Source of the DNA: an uncultured virus (IMG/VR IMGVR_UViG_3300023199_000154)
Taxonomy: Duplodnaviria > Heunggongvirae > Uroviricota > Caudoviricetes
Virus record (IMG/VR): IMGVR_UViG_3300023199_000154
Strand: one strand, 5' to 3'
Length of the DNA: 64,000 nt
Position numbers and translations under genes: made by a program. The first letter of the stretch is position 1. Every line of letters starts with the position of its first letter. Shown here piece by piece: positions 28,532 to 37,800 of the stretch. Below the pieces are notes generated by a model. It made no database searches. It saw nothing but the letters and a program-made list of their open reading frames with translations, and had not been told where the DNA came from.

Positions 28532-29089
28532 TCAGATGAGGCGAAACATCTTGTCGTGCTTCGCAGCGAGCTCTCCACAGGCAAGTCCCACCTCGGCACT
28601 CACCACCATTTCGAGCGCGTAGAGATCTCTCACGATGGCAGTGTCCGACCTGGCCTCGCGAAGGAGCATGATCAGGTCGTTGACCGACCGCTCGATGTCG
28701 GCGATCAGCGCAGGCTGGCGCTTCAGCAGCGAGAGCATGTCACGTAGGTGATCTCGCACTGCGCTGTAACGCGCCCACATTCGCGTAGCACCCGAATCGG
28801 CGCTCCACTTCATAAGCAACTCGATCGCATCCTTGCCTGGTTCGTCGAGGACGTCGATCCCGACCCACGCCCCGTTGTAGACCTCGATGCGAGTGCGACC
28901 GGCACGCATCTCCCTGATCAGGTGAGAAACGTCTCGTCCGATGCACTTGCGCAAGCCGAAGGTGTCGTGACCTCTGTCGAGGTGAAGGCGTGCGTCGAGG
29001 ATGAAGCGCTCGTCCACCTCGAGCTCGAGAATCGAGCCAATGGGGTCGGCCTGTTCTGCGTCGGTGAGGCGCACGAGGAGCCGGTTCAC
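28532..29089 (-). CDS. Hypothetical protein
   Basis: Coupled ORF. Confidence 0.6.
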   Translation of the reverse strand: MNRLLVRLTDAEQADPIGSILELEVDERFILDARLHLDRGHDTFGLRKCIGRDVSHLIREMRAGRTRIEVYNGAWVGIDVLDEPGKDAIELLMKWSADSGATRMWARYSAVRDHLRDMLSLLKRQPALIADIERSVNDLIMLLREARSDTAIVRDLYALEMVVSAEVGLACGELAAKHDKMFRLI

Positions 29090-29478
29090 TTCATCACCTC
29101 GTGCTCGTTATTGCCGCAAGCCTCGATGATGGCGGCGCGAAGCTCGGCTGCCTGAAAGCCGCGGCCCATCTTGCTGGCTGCCGCCTTCGTGTCGGCGCCG
29201 AGCCAGTCAGCGATGGACCAGAGCAGCGACAAGCCGTAGATGCCCATCAACTCGTCCACGGGCTGGCTATCGACGAAGATCGTCGACTTGTGACTCTCGT
29301 GGTCGCTCCGGTGCGTACGCAAGATCGGCTTCCAGACCTTCTTCGGGAGGGGGAAGCGATCCCTCACGAGGTTCGTGTCGAAGATGGTGTGACCATTGAG
29401 TCGCTTGACGACCTCGATCACGTTGTTGCGCGTAGCGCTGTTCAGTTTCTTGGCCTCGGGTGTCATCGGATCCTCCAC
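29086..29478 (-). CDS. Hypothetical protein
   Basis: ORF in operon. Confidence 0.6.
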   Translation of the reverse strand: MEDPMTPEAKKLNSATRNNVIEVVKRLNGHTIFDTNLVRDRFPLPKKVWKPILRTHRSDHESHKSTIFVDSQPVDELMGIYGLSLLWSIADWLGADTKAAASKMGRGFQAAELRAAIIEACGNNEHEVMK

Positions 29479-29900
29479 TGGTGGATCTCGTTCATCACGT
29501 CTTCGAGCGTGTCGGCGATGGTTCTGTAGATGGCTCGATCGAAGGGGTCTTCGACCTCCTCGATCCGCTGCATCGTCCGGTTGTGCCAGCCCCTCAAGCT
29601 CGAGTGCGTCGTCGCCATGCCCGCGAAGTAGTTGAGCGCTCGCTCGAGCATTCGGTTCTTCGCCTCGGTCGAGCTGTCGCGGATTCCGCTCCAGTCACCG
29701 TTCGTCCCCTCGCCCTTGCCGTAGCCGTCGGCGAGGTCTTCGTACTCGACCCCCGCATCCCAGGCATGCCGGATGAGAAGAAGGCTGATGTCGAAGTGGA
29801 TGCGATGCTGGAGATCTCCCCTCTCCACGATGGCGGTGTAGCCCCCATCGCTCCCCTGCAGGTCGGAGTAGAAGGGAGGCTGTTTCATGTCGATCGTCAT
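29463..29900 (-). CDS. Hypothetical protein
   Basis: ORF with AGGAG RBS. Confidence 0.6.
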   Translation of the reverse strand: MTIDMKQPPFYSDLQGSDGGYTAIVERGDLQHRIHFDISLLLIRHAWDAGVEYEDLADGYGKGEGTNGDWSGIRDSSTEAKNRMLERALNYFAGMATTHSSLRGWHNRTMQRIEEVEDPFDRAIYRTIADTLEDVMNEIHQWRIR

Positions 29901-29918
29901 GGGCGTGTCTCCTTTGGT

Positions 29919-30359
29919 TCAGATTCCTCGGTCCTTTTTGAGTTGCTCGAACGCCTGCCCGAGCAGCACGAACTTGCTTGCGTCTCCATCCGGCGCATCC
30001 GGGTGAAGCGACGCGGCGATGACCCGGTAGACCTTCTGCAAGGTCGCGTCAGGGCACAGCCGGATCATCTCACCCGCGGGGTCGGTGCCACTGACAGCAA
30101 CAGGCACCTCAACCACCTCGGGCTCGACTTCGACCACCTCGACGCGATCGAACATCCGTTCGCACAGGGCGATGAGGTCTTCGTCGTAGGCAGGGTCTAC
30201 GCACCAGACCTTCTCGTCGGGATCCCACTTGCGCTGGCCGCGCGGGATGATCGCCTTGAGGTCGGCGACGAAGGAGGGCACGTAGGGAGTACGGACCTTG
30301 ATCCAGGCACCCTCGAGCCACAGCGTCGCTTTGGCTTTCGATCCCGACACGGCCACCAC
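29919..30359 (-). CDS. HARP-like N-terminus plus J-like (HPD) C-terminus
   Basis: PYVPSFVADLK..RKWDPDEKVW; YRVIAASLHPD. Confidence 0.65.
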   Translation of the reverse strand: MVAVSGSKAKATLWLEGAWIKVRTPYVPSFVADLKAIIPRGQRKWDPDEKVWCVDPAYDEDLIALCERMFDRVEVVEVEPEVVEVPVAVSGTDPAGEMIRLCPDATLQKVYRVIAASLHPDAPDGDASKFVLLGQAFEQLKKDRGI

Positions 30360-30362
30360 CGC

Positions 30363-30860
30363 TCAACTCATCACGAACAGCAGGTTTCCGCAGAACCGGC
30401 ATCGAAAGGATGCGCCCTTGCGAATCCTCCCTGCCATCTGCACGGGGATGTAGCGAGAATCGCACCCACAGAAGGCGCGTACCTTCTTGCAAGCAGCGAT
30501 TCGCTCGTACCCATGGAACCCGATGCACTCGCTGATGGCTCGATAGCCAAGCGTGCGCATCAGGTCAGCCCACGACTCCGTGTGAGGATCTGGACCCGGC
30601 ATGTACCCGATCACGTGAGCATCGACCAGGTGACAGACCTCGTGATCGAGCGTCTCCCTCCGCGCGGAAACGCTCATCACCGGCCAAGCCTTTCTTGACA
30701 GACGAATGCGCATCTCCGGGTAGAGCGCATCCGCGATCGTGGCCGTGAAGCGGCCGTTCCACATCCACCAGACCTTGCCGACCAGCTCATCGCAGCCAAG
30801 CACTCGAAGCGTGCTGGCAACCCGAGCGTCGATCTCGTGTTGTCCCTTGTAGGTTCTCAT
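30363..30860 (-). CDS. SprT-like zinc metalloprotease
   Basis: TLDHEVCH, H..W and C-terminal CxC..CxxC. Confidence 0.75.
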   Translation of the reverse strand: MRTYKGQHEIDARVASTLRVLGCDELVGKVWWMWNGRFTATIADALYPEMRIRLSRKAWPVMSVSARRETLDHEVCHLVDAHVIGYMPGPDPHTESWADLMRTLGYRAISECIGFHGYERIAACKKVRAFCGCDSRYIPVQMAGRIRKGASFRCRFCGNLLFVMS

Positions 30861-31054
30861 TTCTCCTCGATCTCGGTCTTGAAGATTCGGTCCCTCGGTG
30901 CGTAGTACTCTTTGCCGTCGTCGGGGTTGACGATCTCGACGCCACCTCCTTTCAGCCTTCGCTTGAGTACTCCGCGGACAACCCAGCAGTAGGTCGATGG
31001 GTATCCGCGCGGGATGAAGTGGATCCAAACCCGGCCCCTCTTCTTGCCAGCCAT
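30857..31054 (-). CDS. Hypothetical protein
   Basis: Coupled ORF. Confidence 0.55.
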   Translation of the reverse strand: MAGKKRGRVWIHFIPRGYPSTYCWVVRGVLKRRLKGGGVEIVNPDDGKEYYAPRDRIFKTEIEEK

Positions 31055-31069
31055 CAGTCAGCCCTCCCC

Positions 31070-31309
31070 TCAGACGCACTCGGGTTCGGGCTCGAGGCAC
31101 ACGTCGCACCAGTCGACCCCCGCAAGATGACGCTCGTAGTGATCATCGTCCCAGCGGGATGACGCTCCGCAGATCGGACAGGACCACAACCGATCAGCCT
31201 GCCCAAGCTGGCGCATGTACTCCTCGTAGGAGAGGTTCACCGGTCCATGCTCTGGATAGTGAACGCGGTATCGAGTGTCGAGGTTGCGAGGGTCCTCCAT
31301 GATCACCAC
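31070..31309 (-). CDS. Hypothetical protein
   Basis: Short ORF with CxxC. Confidence 0.5.
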   Translation of the reverse strand: MVIMEDPRNLDTRYRVHYPEHGPVNLSYEEYMRQLGQADRLWSCPICGASSRWDDDHYERHLAGVDWCDVCLEPEPECV

Positions 31310-31611
31310 CCCCCGCGCTCAAGCGCGTCCGCGCAGGAGTCGCACTGGTAGCCGCGATCTCGATCGATCGGCGTCAGCCGGTCGAGCTTGCCGCACGTGG
31401 GACAGGGCAGGTTGCGAGGGTTGGTCGGCGTCGAAGCCCGAAGCGCACTGCGGCCGCCCTCATCAGCAAAACCCACCCCGTCGATGAGGCCTTCGTAATC
31501 ATCATCCCAGTAAGAGTCGTCGCACCTCTCGCAGACTCCACCGTCAGCCAGCTTGTCACCGCAGTCGTCGCAGTAATCGATCCATTCGGCTTCCTGATTC
31601 GTATAGCTCAT
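31303..31611 (-). CDS. Zinc-finger phage protein, first gene of the leftward operon
   Basis: AGGAG RBS; NPRNLPCPTC..YQCDSCAD. Confidence 0.7.
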   Translation of the reverse strand: MSYTNQEAEWIDYCDDCGDKLADGGVCERCDDSYWDDDYEGLIDGVGFADEGGRSALRASTPTNPRNLPCPTCGKLDRLTPIDRDRGYQCDSCADALERGGW

Positions 31612-31902
31612 GGCGTGTTTCTCCTTTTTCTTGCAACGGCAACCCCATTACCGGAACGCAGAAGGATGCGCGCGACGCACGCGCACGCGACGCACGCGCA
31701 CGTTGCCGCTGCTCCTGGTGTGGCCAGTGTATGGGTTTCCGCCATACACACACCATGGCATATATGACGCATTCGGTCAAGCCGGTTTGGCCAACGATTC
31801 CGCGAGTTTGCAATGATGGTATGTGGCCATATGTGGCCATATGGCACACCGGCACGAAGATCTGGACCCCCCCACTTCTCCCCCGTGGGGTACCCTGGGC
31901 GC
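31612..31902. promoter_or_regulatory. Divergent control region with tandem repeats and dispersed motif copy 7 (31864-31890)
   Basis: ATGTGGCCAT twice at 31821-31840; GGAC7ACTTCTCCCCCGTGGGG directly followed by TACCCT and an ATG at 31903. Confidence 0.7.
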
Positions 31903-32082
31903 ATGAAGGCTCAACCGATCCGTCTGCTCGATGTGTTCTTCATCGGACCGCTGATGATCTGGGGCGGCCACCGCCTCACCCGAACCAACCGAGCCGCAGG
32001 AGCGGCGCTCGTCGTGTTCGGAGGAGCCACCATCAGCTTCAACGGCGGCAACTACATCGCAATTGGGAGGCGCAGGGGTTGA
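31903..32082 (+). CDS. Small two-TM membrane protein
   Basis: IRLLDVFFIGPLMIWGG plus a second hydrophobic helix. Confidence 0.65.
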   Translation: MKAQPIRLLDVFFIGPLMIWGGHRLTRTNRAAGAALVVFGGATISFNGGNYIAIGRRRG

Positions 32083-32435
32083 TCGCCGTACTCGAGGACT
32101 CCGAGCTGCGCGTGCGCACGCTCCGGCGGATTGCACGAGGCCACCACCTGGCTGTCTTCGACCGCGTGCAACCGTTCCTCGCGTACCTGGGCGCCCTGCT
32201 CGAGCGCCCCGAGCTCCTCGTCCTCGACTGCCACGTCACCGAGGGGACGGGTCTCGATGCCGCTCGCGCGCTTCCCACGCGCCTTCGCACCGTTCCAGTG
32301 CTCGTCTGGACTGACGACCCCGATTGCGCGCAGAAGATGGTCGACGAGATCACCCGACGCGGATGGCTCGCTGACGTGCGCTGGGAGCCCTTCGGGGCCT
32401 CGACGGCCGGCGTCGTCCGAGCGACGTTGCGCTAG
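32079..32435 (+). CDS. Stand-alone receiver-like domain protein
   Basis: IAVLED, LLVLD..GTGLD, VLVWT. Confidence 0.6.
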   Translation: MIAVLEDSELRVRTLRRIARGHHLAVFDRVQPFLAYLGALLERPELLVLDCHVTEGTGLDAARALPTRLRTVPVLVWTDDPDCAQKMVDEITRRGWLADVRWEPFGASTAGVVRATLR

Positions 32436-32632
32436 ATTCCGGAAGCGAGCTTCTCGGCTTCGTGGGGCTCGAGCTCGTCGCGTCGGTCGTTCTGCTCGAG
32501 CTCGTCGAGACCATCAAGCCGACTGCGCCGCGGCATGCGCCCCCGTGGCTTGAGGGGATGCGTCTCGACCCAGCACCGCGGGCATCCGTTCGGGCCCACG
32601 ACGTTGAACGGGTGGATGGAGCACTCCTTCAT
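32432..32632 (-). CDS. Hypothetical protein
   Basis: Coupled to the methylase. Confidence 0.45.
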   Translation of the reverse strand: MKECSIHPFNVVGPNGCPRCWVETHPLKPRGRMPRRSRLDGLDELEQNDRRDELEPHEAEKLASGI

Positions 32633-33483
32633 CGACCTCTCCGCTTTGTCCTGTGACGTCGCTTGGTCGACGCCTTTTTTTTGGATCCCCCCGGCGAGCA
32701 ACCAGCAGACTTGAGGGCGATGATGTTCACCCGCTTCTCCATCCCCCCATCGCCGCGGTTGGTGCTCACCCGGTGCGAGTAGACCTTCCAGCACCCCTGC
32801 TTCTGGGCCTTCTTGAACGCCTCGCGCACGCTCGGATGGTCGCCGTAGATGACCAGGCACGCGCCCTTCATCTTGTTGCAGGTGTCGCGAACATAGGCCG
32901 GGTCGTAGGCCTTGCCCATCTTCTTCTGACGACCGAGGTGGTACTTCGTGTCGGAATACCCGGAATCGAGCGGCCAGGGCGGATCGAGGAAGTGCACCGC
33001 CGAGGGCTTGTCGAAGCGCTTCATCACCTCATCGAAGTCGCCTACGACAAGGTGGGCCTTGCGGAGCTTTTTCTCGTACGCCTTGAGGTTGCGCATCTTG
33101 TTGCGCCCGACGACCTTGCCCTCGGACGACTTCGCGCCATAGGTGGCGCGGTCGCCGTGGTAGCTCAGGGTCGACAGCGCCATGCGCATGCAGGCGCTCT
33201 TGCCCTTCTTCGAGCGGTCGAACAGCGACCTCGAGGGCTTCATCCCCCCGCGGCACTTCCGAAGACCGCCGGTGCGCACCTGGTGGAAGAACTCGATGGG
33301 GAACGGGTCCTTGTCGCCGAGCACCGACAGCTCGACCTCCTCCTTGCGGAAGAAGGTGCTGCCGCCTCCCACGAACGGCTCGACGTAGGTGTCGTGCTCG
33401 GGCATGAGCTGCTCGAGCTTGGCCGCGAGCCGGGCCTTGCCTCCAGGCCACTTCAGGAGCGGGGGGAGCCGTGCCTTCGCCAT
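32629..33483 (-). CDS. Dam-like (D12 class) DNA adenine methyltransferase
   Basis: KWPGGK, YVEPFVGGGS, FLDPPW; basic C-terminal tail. Confidence 0.9.
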   Translation of the reverse strand: MAKARLPPLLKWPGGKARLAAKLEQLMPEHDTYVEPFVGGGSTFFRKEEVELSVLGDKDPFPIEFFHQVRTGGLRKCRGGMKPSRSLFDRSKKGKSACMRMALSTLSYHGDRATYGAKSSEGKVVGRNKMRNLKAYEKKLRKAHLVVGDFDEVMKRFDKPSAVHFLDPPWPLDSGYSDTKYHLGRQKKMGKAYDPAYVRDTCNKMKGACLVIYGDHPSVREAFKKAQKQGCWKVYSHRVSTNRGDGGMEKRVNIIALKSAGCSPGGSKKKASTKRRHRTKRRGR

Positions 33484-33917
33484 CAGAGGGTGCCCCTCTG
33501 CATGTGGTGGCGTACCGAGAAGTCGTAGGACTCGATCATCCAGCCCCACCCCTCGTCGCAATTCCACAACCAGGTGTCCTGGGCCTCTTGGATGTCCTCG
33601 GGCGTGTCACCATCTTTCGGCCCCGGCCATGTGCTGATGCACTCATCGAAGTAGATGTCGTAGGCCGTGTTGATGTTGAAGTTTTTGTGCAAGCTTGCCA
33701 CGCGGAGGTATCTCAAGTCCCCCTCGCGCATCACGCCTGGGAAGGGCTGCGGAAGCCTGCGTGCATAGGCCGCCTTGAGTCGATCGACGAACTCGGCAGC
33801 CACCGTGAGCTCGTCTTCCTCTGGGCTCAGGTACCGGCCGAACGAAGAGCTCGAACGCGACAACCAAGCCGAGAGGCTGACAAGGCCCGCACCCATCGCT
33901 GCGCCACCGAAGCTCAC
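33483..33917 (-). CDS. Membrane-anchored protein, tandem paralog A
   Basis: N-terminal TM plus SSSFG; similar to the adjacent gene. Confidence 0.7.
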   Translation of the reverse strand: MSFGGAAMGAGLVSLSAWLSRSSSSFGRYLSPEEDELTVAAEFVDRLKAAYARRLPQPFPGVMREGDLRYLRVASLHKNFNINTAYDIYFDECISTWPGPKDGDTPEDIQEAQDTWLWNCDEGWGWMIESYDFSVRHHMQRGTL

Positions 33918-34336
33918 AGGGTGCCCCTCTGCATGTGGTGGCATACCGAGAAGTCGTAGGACTCGATCATCTCATCCCACTCCCCATCGCAGTGATCGCC
34001 AAACTCCTCCTCAGTCATATCCCAGGGGCTTGGCGAGTTCCCGGGGCCCTTCCATCCTCGCATGCATGTCTCGAACCAGAAGTCGTAGGCCCGGTCGATG
34101 TTGAAGTTTCTGTGCTGCGAGGCGATGCGGATCTTCTTCACCTTATCGGCGTCGATCAGCCCCGGCTCGGGATACTGCCGAGCGAAGTTGAACCCGTGCT
34201 CGAGTCTCTTGACAAACTCCTGAGCAACCGTGTGCTCATCCTCATTCGGACCCAAGTACCGGCCGAACGAAGAGCTCGAGCGAGCCAGGAACGCGGCCGC
34301 CGCCAGAAGCCCTCCACCTACGAACACACCATTCAT
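33914..34336 (-). CDS. Membrane-anchored protein, tandem paralog B
   Basis: Shares MIESYDFSVxHHMQRGTL end; 58-bp DNA repeat 33483-33540 / 33914-33971. Confidence 0.7.
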   Translation of the reverse strand: MNGVFVGGGLLAAAAFLARSSSSFGRYLGPNEDEHTVAQEFVKRLEHGFNFARQYPEPGLIDADKVKKIRIASQHRNFNIDRAYDFWFETCMRGWKGPGNSPSPWDMTEEEFGDHCDGEWDEMIESYDFSVCHHMQRGTL

Positions 34337-34737
34337 CGAACACCTCCTGAGAGCGACGACGGCGCCGGACACGCCATCTGGTACTGAAAGCAATGGCGCT
34401 CGTACCGCTTCAAGCAGTCGGCACGACCTCGGAGCACCTGCTTTCTCCAGAACGCATCAGCGTTCGCGGTCCTCGCCACACCGCTCCGTAGCCCCTCTCC
34501 CCACACATGGCAGGCGATCCTCGAGGCCGCCTCGTAGAGCCGCGTTGCCACCCTGCGCCGACGGAGATCTTCGCGAACGTGGATGTGACTCACGGACGGC
34601 CCGGCAAAGATGCCAGCATCCGTCATCCAGATGCGCCGCCCTACGCGAATGTGCCCCGCCGGCTCACCGCCCTCATCGTAGGCGGTGACCTCGTAGACCC
34701 CGGGCACAGGCTCCTCGGTGCGGAAAGACAGCCTCAC
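34333..34737 (-). CDS. GNAT-family acetyltransferase
   Basis: IHVREDLRRRRVATRLY (motif A) and ADAFW. Confidence 0.7.
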   Translation of the reverse strand: MRLSFRTEEPVPGVYEVTAYDEGGEPAGHIRVGRRIWMTDAGIFAGPSVSHIHVREDLRRRRVATRLYEAASRIACHVWGEGLRSGVARTANADAFWRKQVLRGRADCLKRYERHCFQYQMACPAPSSLSGGVR

Positions 34738-34755
34738 TGGAGACCATCCTACCAG

Positions 34756-35802
34756 CTACGGACGGCGCCTGGCGACCCGAGCCCGAGCGCATCGGCGGCC
34801 CGTGTACCGGCAGTCGAGCACAGCCAGGACGTCCTCCGCGTCCGCCTTGCGGCCATGGCAGCGTCTCTGGCCGCCAGCGACGATCACCCGGCCCGTCGCC
34901 TCGTTGTGGACGCACCAGCGGCCCCTGTGGCGCTCCACGAAGCCCCCGAGGCCCCCCGAGCGGCCCCACCACCCCCAGACCAGGACCGCGGCGCCCAGGC
35001 CCAGGGCGATGTACCCGAGAGGTCGCTTCTCGCGGACCTTCTTCGGATAGGTGTCCTCCGGCGGCACGTAGTCGTATCCCGGCGGCGGCGAGGGCTGCCC
35101 CTCGGCCACCTTGTCCCATGGAAGAGGCGCCGGCGGGGGCTCCGGCAGGGGGGCGCCCAGAGCCCCCGCCAGCGTCACCAGGTCGGGCCCCTGGGGCCCC
35201 ACGGGACCCACCTCGGCGAACGTCGCTCCAACGAGCTCGCGAGCGAGGGCCGTCAGGTCGCACGGCTCGCCGTCGGGCACGAGCAGCCGGCCGTCACGGT
35301 CCACGCCGAGGGCAGCGAACCAGCGCACGGGGTCAACCGTGAGCGAATGCGGTCCTGGAAAGGGCGAGCCGCCGTCGGGGCGAGCTCGACGGATCTCGAA
35401 GTGCAGGTGCGGCCCCATCCCGCGGAACTTGCCGTTCGTGCTCGCCCCCACCGTCCCGAGCACCGCACCCTCGGGCAGCGTCTCGCCGGGAACCACCTTG
35501 ATCTCCTCGAGGTGGTTGTAGCTCGCCCACGAACCGTCGAGGTGCTTGACCACGACCACGTTGCCGTAGCCGCGGAAGGCCCGTCCTCGGTGCTGGACCT
35601 CAGGAAGCACGCTGTCCGCCTGACCGTCGTCGTGGACGATCGTCTCGACTGTGCCGGGGGCCGCGTTGTAGACCGGCTCGCCTCGAGCTGCGCGGAAGTC
35701 GAGTCCCGGATGGAACCTGCGCTCACCGGTCGTGCGCCCCGGCCGATAGCCGTATGGAGAGCCAACCCAGGACTCTTCGGTCGGCGGCACCGCGCAGCTC
35801 AC
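34756..35802 (-). CDS. M23 family peptidase with Pro-rich linker and TM anchor
   Basis: HPGLD, YGNVVVVKH, YNHL, PHLHFE. Confidence 0.9.
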   Translation of the reverse strand: MSCAVPPTEESWVGSPYGYRPGRTTGERRFHPGLDFRAARGEPVYNAAPGTVETIVHDDGQADSVLPEVQHRGRAFRGYGNVVVVKHLDGSWASYNHLEEIKVVPGETLPEGAVLGTVGASTNGKFRGMGPHLHFEIRRARPDGGSPFPGPHSLTVDPVRWFAALGVDRDGRLLVPDGEPCDLTALARELVGATFAEVGPVGPQGPDLVTLAGALGAPLPEPPPAPLPWDKVAEGQPSPPPGYDYVPPEDTYPKKVREKRPLGYIALGLGAAVLVWGWWGRSGGLGGFVERHRGRWCVHNEATGRVIVAGGQRRCHGRKADAEDVLAVLDCRYTGRRCARARVARRRP

Positions 35803-35836
35803 CGGCGGACCTCCAGCACCCGACGGCTCCGAGCCA

Positions 35837-36835
35837 TTAGACGAACCTCTCGAGCCTCTGACGCCCTCTCATGACGCGGCGTGCCGTGAAGCCGTAGTCG
35901 TTCTCGTCGGCGATCTGGTTCATGCGACGCGCCACCGCACTGGCCTTTCGGCTCGAGCTGTAGCACTGCGCGATCGCGCGACCCCCTCGCTCGAACTCGA
36001 GCTCGACGCAGTGACGGTCGGACTTCTTGGTCGCGCCAAGACCATTCAGCTCCATGCGTGACCGGGGCTCCTTGCAGAGCTTTTTCATCTGTCCTTCGCG
36101 CATCTGGAGCTGACGACCGACGCCCACATCTCGGCCCGTGCGACGGTGGTAGATGCGCATCCGGTGGAGCTTCGCACGGAGGGTGTTGCAGTCGGGATCG
36201 AACGCCCGCGCCTCCTGGTCGAAGTCGTAGGCCTCCTCGGCGAACGACTCCTCGGCCTCCATGTACTGCTCGTCGGTCACGCCGAAACTGGATAACCCGC
36301 GGCCCCCGCGAGACATCCACATGGCGACACCCACGAGCGCCGCCCCGAGCGCCAGAGCCTTGATCGTCTTGCCCTCGAGGAGTGCCGCGTTGACCCGGCC
36401 CTCAGCCTGCTGGTGCTCCTTGGGGGTGGGTGCCGGAAGTGGATCGCTCGCATCCTGCGACAGATCGCCGAACCACCCCGACAGCTCCCGGAAGAACACC
36501 CGGTCCTGCACCGTTCGGAGCGTCGCGAGGTTCTGCGCCACAGCATCGACGAGAAGCTCCCTCAGCGCCTCGAAGTCATCCCGCGATGGTGGGGGGACGT
36601 CCGCGGGGCGCATTTCGAGCCGTCCCATCGCCGCGTGCTCCCAAGAACTGAACAGCTCGAGCGATCGATCCATCATCGCCACGAGCGCACCAGGGCGCTC
36701 GACGTCACGCGACTTCATCGCCTGCTTGAGCGACTTGTACTTGGAGGCGAACACCGCCTGCTCGCGACGCATGGCGTTAGCGAGCGCCCGCCAGGTCTGC
36801 TCGCGGACGGGCTTGCGCACCTGGGCGAGGTCCAT
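35837..36835 (-). CDS. Putative virion membrane protein
   Basis: Central TM followed by LSSFG; LNGLGA later. Confidence 0.65.
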   Translation of the reverse strand: MDLAQVRKPVREQTWRALANAMRREQAVFASKYKSLKQAMKSRDVERPGALVAMMDRSLELFSSWEHAAMGRLEMRPADVPPPSRDDFEALRELLVDAVAQNLATLRTVQDRVFFRELSGWFGDLSQDASDPLPAPTPKEHQQAEGRVNAALLEGKTIKALALGAALVGVAMWMSRGGRGLSSFGVTDEQYMEAEESFAEEAYDFDQEARAFDPDCNTLRAKLHRMRIYHRRTGRDVGVGRQLQMREGQMKKLCKEPRSRMELNGLGATKKSDRHCVELEFERGGRAIAQCYSSSRKASAVARRMNQIADENDYGFTARRVMRGRQRLERFV

Positions 36836-37056
36836 CACGGCCTCCTCGGCGGCTCGCTCATGCCGGCGAACACCATCAGGCCGATGGCGCCGAGCAAGAC
36901 GATGCCTGCACCGATCATCAGGCCGTTGTTCGTAGACTCCTCGATCTGCGCGAGCGGTGCATCGTCGAAGAACTCGTACTCGCCAAGCACGGTCTCGATG
37001 TCGCGGACCCCCCACGTCGTCGGAGGGAGCCATCCGTTGTCGTACCAGTCAGCCAT
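36835..37056 (-). CDS. Small membrane protein
   Basis: C-terminal TM. Confidence 0.65.
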   Translation of the reverse strand: MADWYDNGWLPPTTWGVRDIETVLGEYEFFDDAPLAQIEESTNNGLMIGAGIVLLGAIGLMVFAGMSEPPRRP

Positions 37057-37528
37057 GGCAGATCACGCCCTCCCTCGAAAGAGCCGCTGCCACATCCTCG
37101 TCCACTTCGTCCTCGTCCACCGCCGCGCCGAGCCCACGGCCGGTCGCGGTCATCCAGAACATCCCGACGAGGCCGACCCCGAGAATGCCGAGGAAGATCC
37201 TTCCGGTGCGCTTCTTCGCGGCCTCCGCGCCCTCTGTCTCAAGCTCGAGGCGCACCTTCGACAGGACGTACCGAAACTGTTCCTGGGAGCAGTGCTCGTC
37301 CACCGTGCCGTCCTCGAGCATCGTGCGGAGTTGCTCGGCACCGAACCCCGCGCTGATCGCATCGATGCTCCCATCGGGTAACTCGACCTCGAAAAGCCGG
37401 TCCGCCGGCTGTGCCTCGAGAAGCTCGGCGACCCGCGCCACCTCCTCTGGACACGAGCGACTCTGACCGAACCCCCCCATTGCTACCCCGTGGGGGTCGT
37501 CGTGGAATTCGTAGCGTCCCAGGTCCAT
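37049..37528 (-). CDS. Membrane protein
   Basis: MGGFGQ near the N-terminus; TM near the C-terminus. Confidence 0.65.
   Translation of the reverse strand: MDLGRYEFHDDPHGVAMGGFGQSRSCPEEVARVAELLEAQPADRLFEVELPDGSIDAISAGFGAEQLRTMLEDGTVDEHCSQEQFRYVLSKVRLELETEGAEAAKKRTGRIFLGILGVGLVGMFWMTATGRGLGAAVDEDEVDEDVAAALSREGVICHG
37469..37496 (+). repeat. Dispersed motif copy 8 (inside CDS)
   Basis: C7 ATTGCTA CCCCGTGGGGG, identical core to 9461-9485. Confidence 0.9.
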
Positions 37529-37530
37529 TG

Positions 37531-37800
37531 TCAGCGCCTCCTGCGGGTGAACCCGCCGATGTCGAAGACGTTTCCGACCAGCACGCCCACGACCACTCCC
37601 GCCGCCATCCCGATGAGCATGTCCTGCACCTTCTCCGAGGCGTAGGCCCTCACGTCGGCCGCAGGCACCGCGATGAAGCCGCGGTTGACGAACAGCGAGC
37701 CCGGGAGCGTCGCCTGCACCGCCTGGTCGGCCGGGATCTCCTCCGGAACATCCACCGACTGCCCGAGCTCGCTCAGGTCGACGCCACGTAGCTCGATCAC
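37531..37800 (-). CDS. Small membrane protein
   Basis: LSELGQ; C-terminal TM followed by RRRR. Confidence 0.6.
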   Translation of the reverse strand: MIELRGVDLSELGQSVDVPEEIPADQAVQATLPGSLFVNRGFIAVPAADVRAYASEKVQDMLIGMAAGVVVGVLVGNVFDIGGFTRRRR

